A stretch of DNA of 64,000 nucleotides from an uncultured Bacteroidales bacterium (GTDB lineage: Bacteria > Bacteroidota > Bacteroidia > Bacteroidales > VadinHA17): contig CAVTDE010000002.1 of the NCBI GenBank assembly GCA_963733455.1, positions 41,259-105,258 on the forward strand, written 5' to 3'. Below, in pieces: positions 60,394 to 64,000 of the stretch; within the stretch, counting starts at the first letter, position 1, and the number at the start of each line of letters is the position of its first letter. A program made the position numbers and the translations under genes. The notes below the pieces were generated by a model. The model was not told the DNA's origin, did no database searches, and saw only the letters and a program-made list of their open reading frames with translations.

Positions 60394-60856
60394 GACCCTT
60401 AGTCTTATTCCGCTCCTACGGAGCTTAAGATGAGAGTCTTTCTCCTGCCATGGGTTGCGCCTCGTGCCTCGGCTTACCCATGGCTAAAGTATTCAAGGCC
60501 TACGGCCTGATCCCGACTTGCAATGCTTTCATCTCCGTTGCGCCTGTACAAGATCCTGATCCTAATCTGGCTCCTCGCTAAAAATACCCACAGGGTTTTT
60601 TATTAACGCCTGCCTGCCGGTAGGCAGGCTAATTTTTTAACGCTCGGTCCTCTAAAAAGGGTTTTAAAAAATTACTGGATTTCAGCCCCCCTTGGGGGGG
60701 TTTGGGGGGGTCTCTGAGACTCATTAACCCTGGTTTTATCACGGCTTAAAAGCCGTGGTTAATGGATATGTTCTAATTGCCTTAGTACAGGGAAGTTGGG
60801 ATTGCTTCGGCTCCCGCTAACGCGGGATCCTCGCAATGACCGTATGTTCTAAAAGC

Positions 60857-61052
60857 GTTACATTATTAGCAGAGGTGCGCAGGACAACCGCAAATGGTGC
60901 GAACTTAAGCCATTCCCGTAGCGCCAATATGGCATGTGTAGCGAGCGAAGGGAATGGCTTAAGTTATCATTTGCGGCCGCTTTTCTTTGTTACTTTCTTT
61001 TACGGGTAAAAGAAAGTAAAAGAATAATTTTGAGCGAGCAAAAAATGAACAA
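60857..61052. other. long-stem structured repeat element, copy B2
   Basis: Near-identical to B1, with a compensatory G-C to C-G change in the outer stem. Confidence 0.65.
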
Positions 61053-61202
61053 ATAACAAAAAAAACAAGACTCTTTAGCTCAAGAAGAATTAAATGATTT
61101 GTTCTAATTGGCTTATTACCTGGATGTTGAGATTGCTTCGTCGTTCCTCCTCGCAATGACCGTACCATTGAAGATGAGGTAATTGCATAATTTGCACAAT
61201 AA

Positions 61203-62879
61203 TTAAAATCCAAACGTCGCTCCAAAATTAAAAGTGGTTTTGGCCCCATAAAAATACTCCGGGCTCCATCTACTATCCCCAGATATATCACTAAAACTTA
61301 AATCAAACCACGTATAAAGATCATTTATGATCTGATATGAGCCCCTTGCTCCAAAAACGGTATAATGCCATTCCACAGATTCAAGTGGAGGATTTCCAAC
61401 CCTCGGTGTGCCAAGCTCTGTATAATCCGGACCACGGATCGCATCCGTAAAATACAGACCTGCTTTAAGGGTTCTGATTGGTTTGTAATCGATCGCCAGA
61501 TACCATTCCCTTGAGTTATCCCGGAGATAATACCCGAGATTATACCCTGCATTTTCAAAAGTCAGGGTTGGAACATAATGCTGGTATGTCAGAGGATAGG
61601 TATATGTAAATTCTGATGTAAATGACAGGTTTTGCAGAGGCAGGTTATATAATCTGAATCCGGTTTTCCAGCTGAAGAAGTTCCACTCATCCTCTTTGGT
61701 GAACCTTGCAACAGATAGTTCATCGATAAAGAGTGTTGCATATAGGTGAAGGTTTTTGATATTCCTGGAACTCACATCGATGAATGTCTGCGAATTCATA
61801 TTATCGATACCCGAAGTGTAGGAGTGATCGACAGATTTATAAAAGAAGACAGGCATAATATAAACCGGGTTGAAATGCTTATCGGTATAGACTATACTAT
61901 TCCCTGCTGAAATCTTAAGGTTCCTTACCGGTGTGATGGTAAACATGTTTGCTGCTATGAACTTCTTATGGTACACTTCACGGTAATCAGTCCCGTAGCT
62001 GTTGGTGACCCAGTAGGAGCGGGAGCTGTCGACGACCATCGAGTTGAGCCATCCGTGGAAATAGTTGAATTCGAACCATTTTACAGGTTTCAGGTTGAGC
62101 CTGAGTGCGATAAAAGTCGGATTATTCCCTCCGAAAATATTCGCACCGTTGTAATTGGTTCCCCACTGCAGACGCTCCTTTACAAATCCAATATTTCCCC
62201 ATTTCCAGGCCCATGTAACCCCTCCCTGCATCTCGCTCCAGTCGGTGCTGCCTTTAATATGTCCGCCTTCTCTCCTTGAAAGAAATTCCGGACGCCCAAG
62301 TAAAGGTTTTTCATGATTATCTCTTAATGATGCATAGAAGCCCCAATGCTGGATATATCCTCTTACTTCAGCTCCGTTTCTCATGTAAGTTGCCTTACCG
62401 GAAGAATTTGTGAACAACTCACCACCAATAACAGGATTTATAGTCAGAGAGAAGAGCGAATCATTATAATAAAACAGATCCCTCCTGAGATGTGAAGTTG
62501 TCCCATTGTTTCGATTAATCTCTAAGCCGTTGTGCCATAAAGCCGTTGTGCCGTTGCGCCTTAAGGCCGTTACGCCATTACGCCTTTCATTAAGTTCCTT
62601 GCCAAAATCCATCAGGTAGAAATCAAGCTCTTTCTGTTGCCTTGTATTGAGCTGATCTCTTTTCGCATCGGCTTCCATCAGACTCCTGGCAATAAACAAT
62701 CTTGAATACGGCTTAACAGCGGAATTGATTTCTATTATTTTAATTGAAGCAAGCTCATCAAGAAACTCATAAGCACCGTAATTGCGGACTGGATGTGGGA
62801 CCTCCTGGGATAATAAATTCGGTCCCAGAACTACGAAAAAAAAGATTAACCATAAAATAGAGCAGGATGAGAGTTTCAT
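61203..62879 (-). CDS. outer-membrane capsule-assembly Wzi-like protein
   Basis: Signal peptide from MKLSSC; Y.FLDELA, NSAVKPYSR and beta-strand-rich body ending in Phe; heads the polysaccharide-related run of genes; family name is tentative. Confidence 0.6.
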   Translation of the reverse strand: MKLSSCSILWLIFFFVVLGPNLLSQEVPHPVRNYGAYEFLDELASIKIIEINSAVKPYSRLFIARSLMEADAKRDQLNTRQQKELDFYLMDFGKELNERRNGVTALRRNGTTALWHNGLEINRNNGTTSHLRRDLFYYNDSLFSLTINPVIGGELFTNSSGKATYMRNGAEVRGYIQHWGFYASLRDNHEKPLLGRPEFLSRREGGHIKGSTDWSEMQGGVTWAWKWGNIGFVKERLQWGTNYNGANIFGGNNPTFIALRLNLKPVKWFEFNYFHGWLNSMVVDSSRSYWVTNSYGTDYREVYHKKFIAANMFTITPVRNLKISAGNSIVYTDKHFNPVYIMPVFFYKSVDHSYTSGIDNMNSQTFIDVSSRNIKNLHLYATLFIDELSVARFTKEDEWNFFSWKTGFRLYNLPLQNLSFTSEFTYTYPLTYQHYVPTLTFENAGYNLGYYLRDNSREWYLAIDYKPIRTLKAGLYFTDAIRGPDYTELGTPRVGNPPLESVEWHYTVFGARGSYQIINDLYTWFDLSFSDISGDSRWSPEYFYGAKTTFNFGATFGF

Positions 62880-63085
62880 TTTCAGATTATCGGTTGCTGG
62901 TGGCAAAGATAAGGTTTCTTTGAAATCCATTTTAACCGCAAAGTCATACACCCATCAATGAAATATGAGAACATCAATAAAAATAACTTTTAGTTACACA
63001 GAGCTACACTGAGAAGTCACAGAGGGCCACAGAGTTAAGAAATCAGATCTCTGTAACTATCAACGAATACCCAGTATCTTTTTTT

Positions 63086-63246
63086 GCAACCAGTAACCAG
63101 TAACCAGTAACCAGTAACCAGCAACCCGCAACCAGTAACCAGTAACCAGCAACCCGTAACCAGTAACCAGTAACCAGTAACCAGTAACCAGTAACCAGCA
63201 ACCCGCAACCAGTAACCAGTAACCAGCAACCCGCAACCCGCACCCC
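63086..63246. repeat. heptamer tandem repeat (G[T/C]AACC[A/C]), about 23 units
   Basis: GTAACCA units interspersed with GCAACCC and GCAACCA variants. Confidence 0.95.
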
Positions 63247-63321
63247 GTGAAAGATAATTTCTGTTCCAATGTATCAAAATCCCATTTTTCCCGTTAAACA
63301 TCTGAAACCTAACCACTAATT

Positions 63322-63876
63322 ATGATCATTTTTTATAAATTACAGAAATTAAGCGTTTTAAGCTTTATGCTCCTGACCTGTCCTGCCTTTTACCTTACAG
63401 CGCAACCTTCAAAACTTATAGTAATTGACCCTCTTGTGAGTAACGAATATAAAAATATTGTTACCCAAACGGGACAAAAAGTGATAAACCTGCCCGATGA
63501 AGGTAACCCCATTAAGTTTATCGGGGGAGAATTGAAAAAGTCCGTGTATAATGAAATACACATATACCTGCTTACCAAACCCGGATCACTGATATTCGAT
63601 GAAATAAATATCATTCCTGAAAACATAGATGAATATTCAGCCGACTTCATTGCCTGGAAGGGTCTGATGAAACAAGGATCGGTAATAATAATTCACTCGG
63701 ATAACCTGACCTCAGTGCAGGAAGGTCTGTTGATTACAGGGAAGATCACAGAGTATACCGGGGCCGCCGTTCATAGTCAAATAATAGCAATCGATATTAT
63801 TAGAAATGAAGTACAGATATATACTTTTATTCTTTCTGTTCTTTGCAGGCTTTGTTGTACGGGCTCAGCCACCTGA
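63322..63876 (+). CDS. secreted protein with a degenerate DUF4347-like domain
   Basis: Signal peptide; VIDP.V, EIHI....PGSL, G..I..KI.E.TGA.V resemble DUF4347 but the His-Gly and Gly-Cys motifs are absent. Confidence 0.5.
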   Translation: MIIFYKLQKLSVLSFMLLTCPAFYLTAQPSKLIVIDPLVSNEYKNIVTQTGQKVINLPDEGNPIKFIGGELKKSVYNEIHIYLLTKPGSLIFDEINIIPENIDEYSADFIAWKGLMKQGSVIIIHSDNLTSVQEGLLITGKITEYTGAAVHSQIIAIDIIRNEVQIYTFILSVLCRLCCTGSAT

Positions 63877-64000
63877 AATAACTTACCCCGGAACCATTAT
63901 TTATGAAGGGTATTATGATGACCGTTCCTGGGGACCAATCCATATGGGATTTAATTTTAGCTTCTATGGTCATCCTTACAATCATTTTTATGTAACCTCA

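Larger units (their letters stand above)
58860..61165. repeat. non-coding mosaic of about 2.3 kb made of several palindromic repeat families
   Basis: Direct duplications 59365-59710 with 60499-60841 and 60198-60393 with 60857-61052; REP-like cluster 59104-59331; solo C5/G5 hairpin ends. Confidence 0.92.

Noticed and set aside
23456-61165. G-quadruplex function for the G5-rich ends
   Set aside because: Single ends have only two or three G runs and the C5/G5 hairpin competes; the sequence alone does not support it.
59018-61291. ORFs 59018-59335, 59628-60002, 59632-59883, 59751-59942, 59991-60194 and 60959-61291
   Set aside because: They lie wholly in palindromic repeat DNA, overlap on both strands and show no protein motifs.
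63035-63316. Three overlapping LLVTGYW-repeat ORFs, and similar ORFs at 56954-57243 and 42005-42190
   Set aside because: All three frames are open because the heptamer lacks stops on that strand; these are repeat artefacts.
1-64000. Diversity-generating retroelement, suggested by the Avd-like four-helix-bundle gene
   Set aside because: There is no reverse transcriptase and no template/variable repeat pair differing at adenines in the window.

Overview
64 kb of chromosome from a Bacteroidota (probably environmental Bacteroidales) genome. This placement is inferred from a T9SS C-terminal domain, UpxY, TAnnTTTG promoter boxes and Bacteroidales-type IleS and DksA. The backbone is housekeeping and envelope genes (ispD, trpF, tRNA-Val(GAC), pruA, corA, pbpC with alpha-2-macroglobulin, dnaG, cobB, ubiX, ribE, ileS), a BlaI/M56-TonB pair, and a fragmented polysaccharide locus (upxY, uxs, fcl, gmd, nucleotidyltransferase-GHMP kinase fusion, sugar transferase, Wzi-like protein) that contains an AbiE toxin-antitoxin pair. 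The unusual content is intergenic. Two intact DUF559 (Vsr-like) nuclease genes, one deleted copy and one remnant of a second subfamily are each bounded by hairpin-containing terminal inverted repeats. A four-helix-bundle gene and a remnant are bounded by inverted 7/8-mer arms. In one DUF559 element and in the four-helix-bundle element, the outer part of the terminal repeat has been amplified together with flanking DNA into tandem arrays. Solo ends and 7/8-mer arrays sit right after many stop codons, and one array is in frame inside a gene. A 2.3 kb repeat mosaic (58.9-61.2 kb) holds three copies of a long-stem element whose stems covary. No transposase, integrase, reverse transcriptase or cas gene was seen. 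Domain names come from motif recognition by eye, not from database searches.
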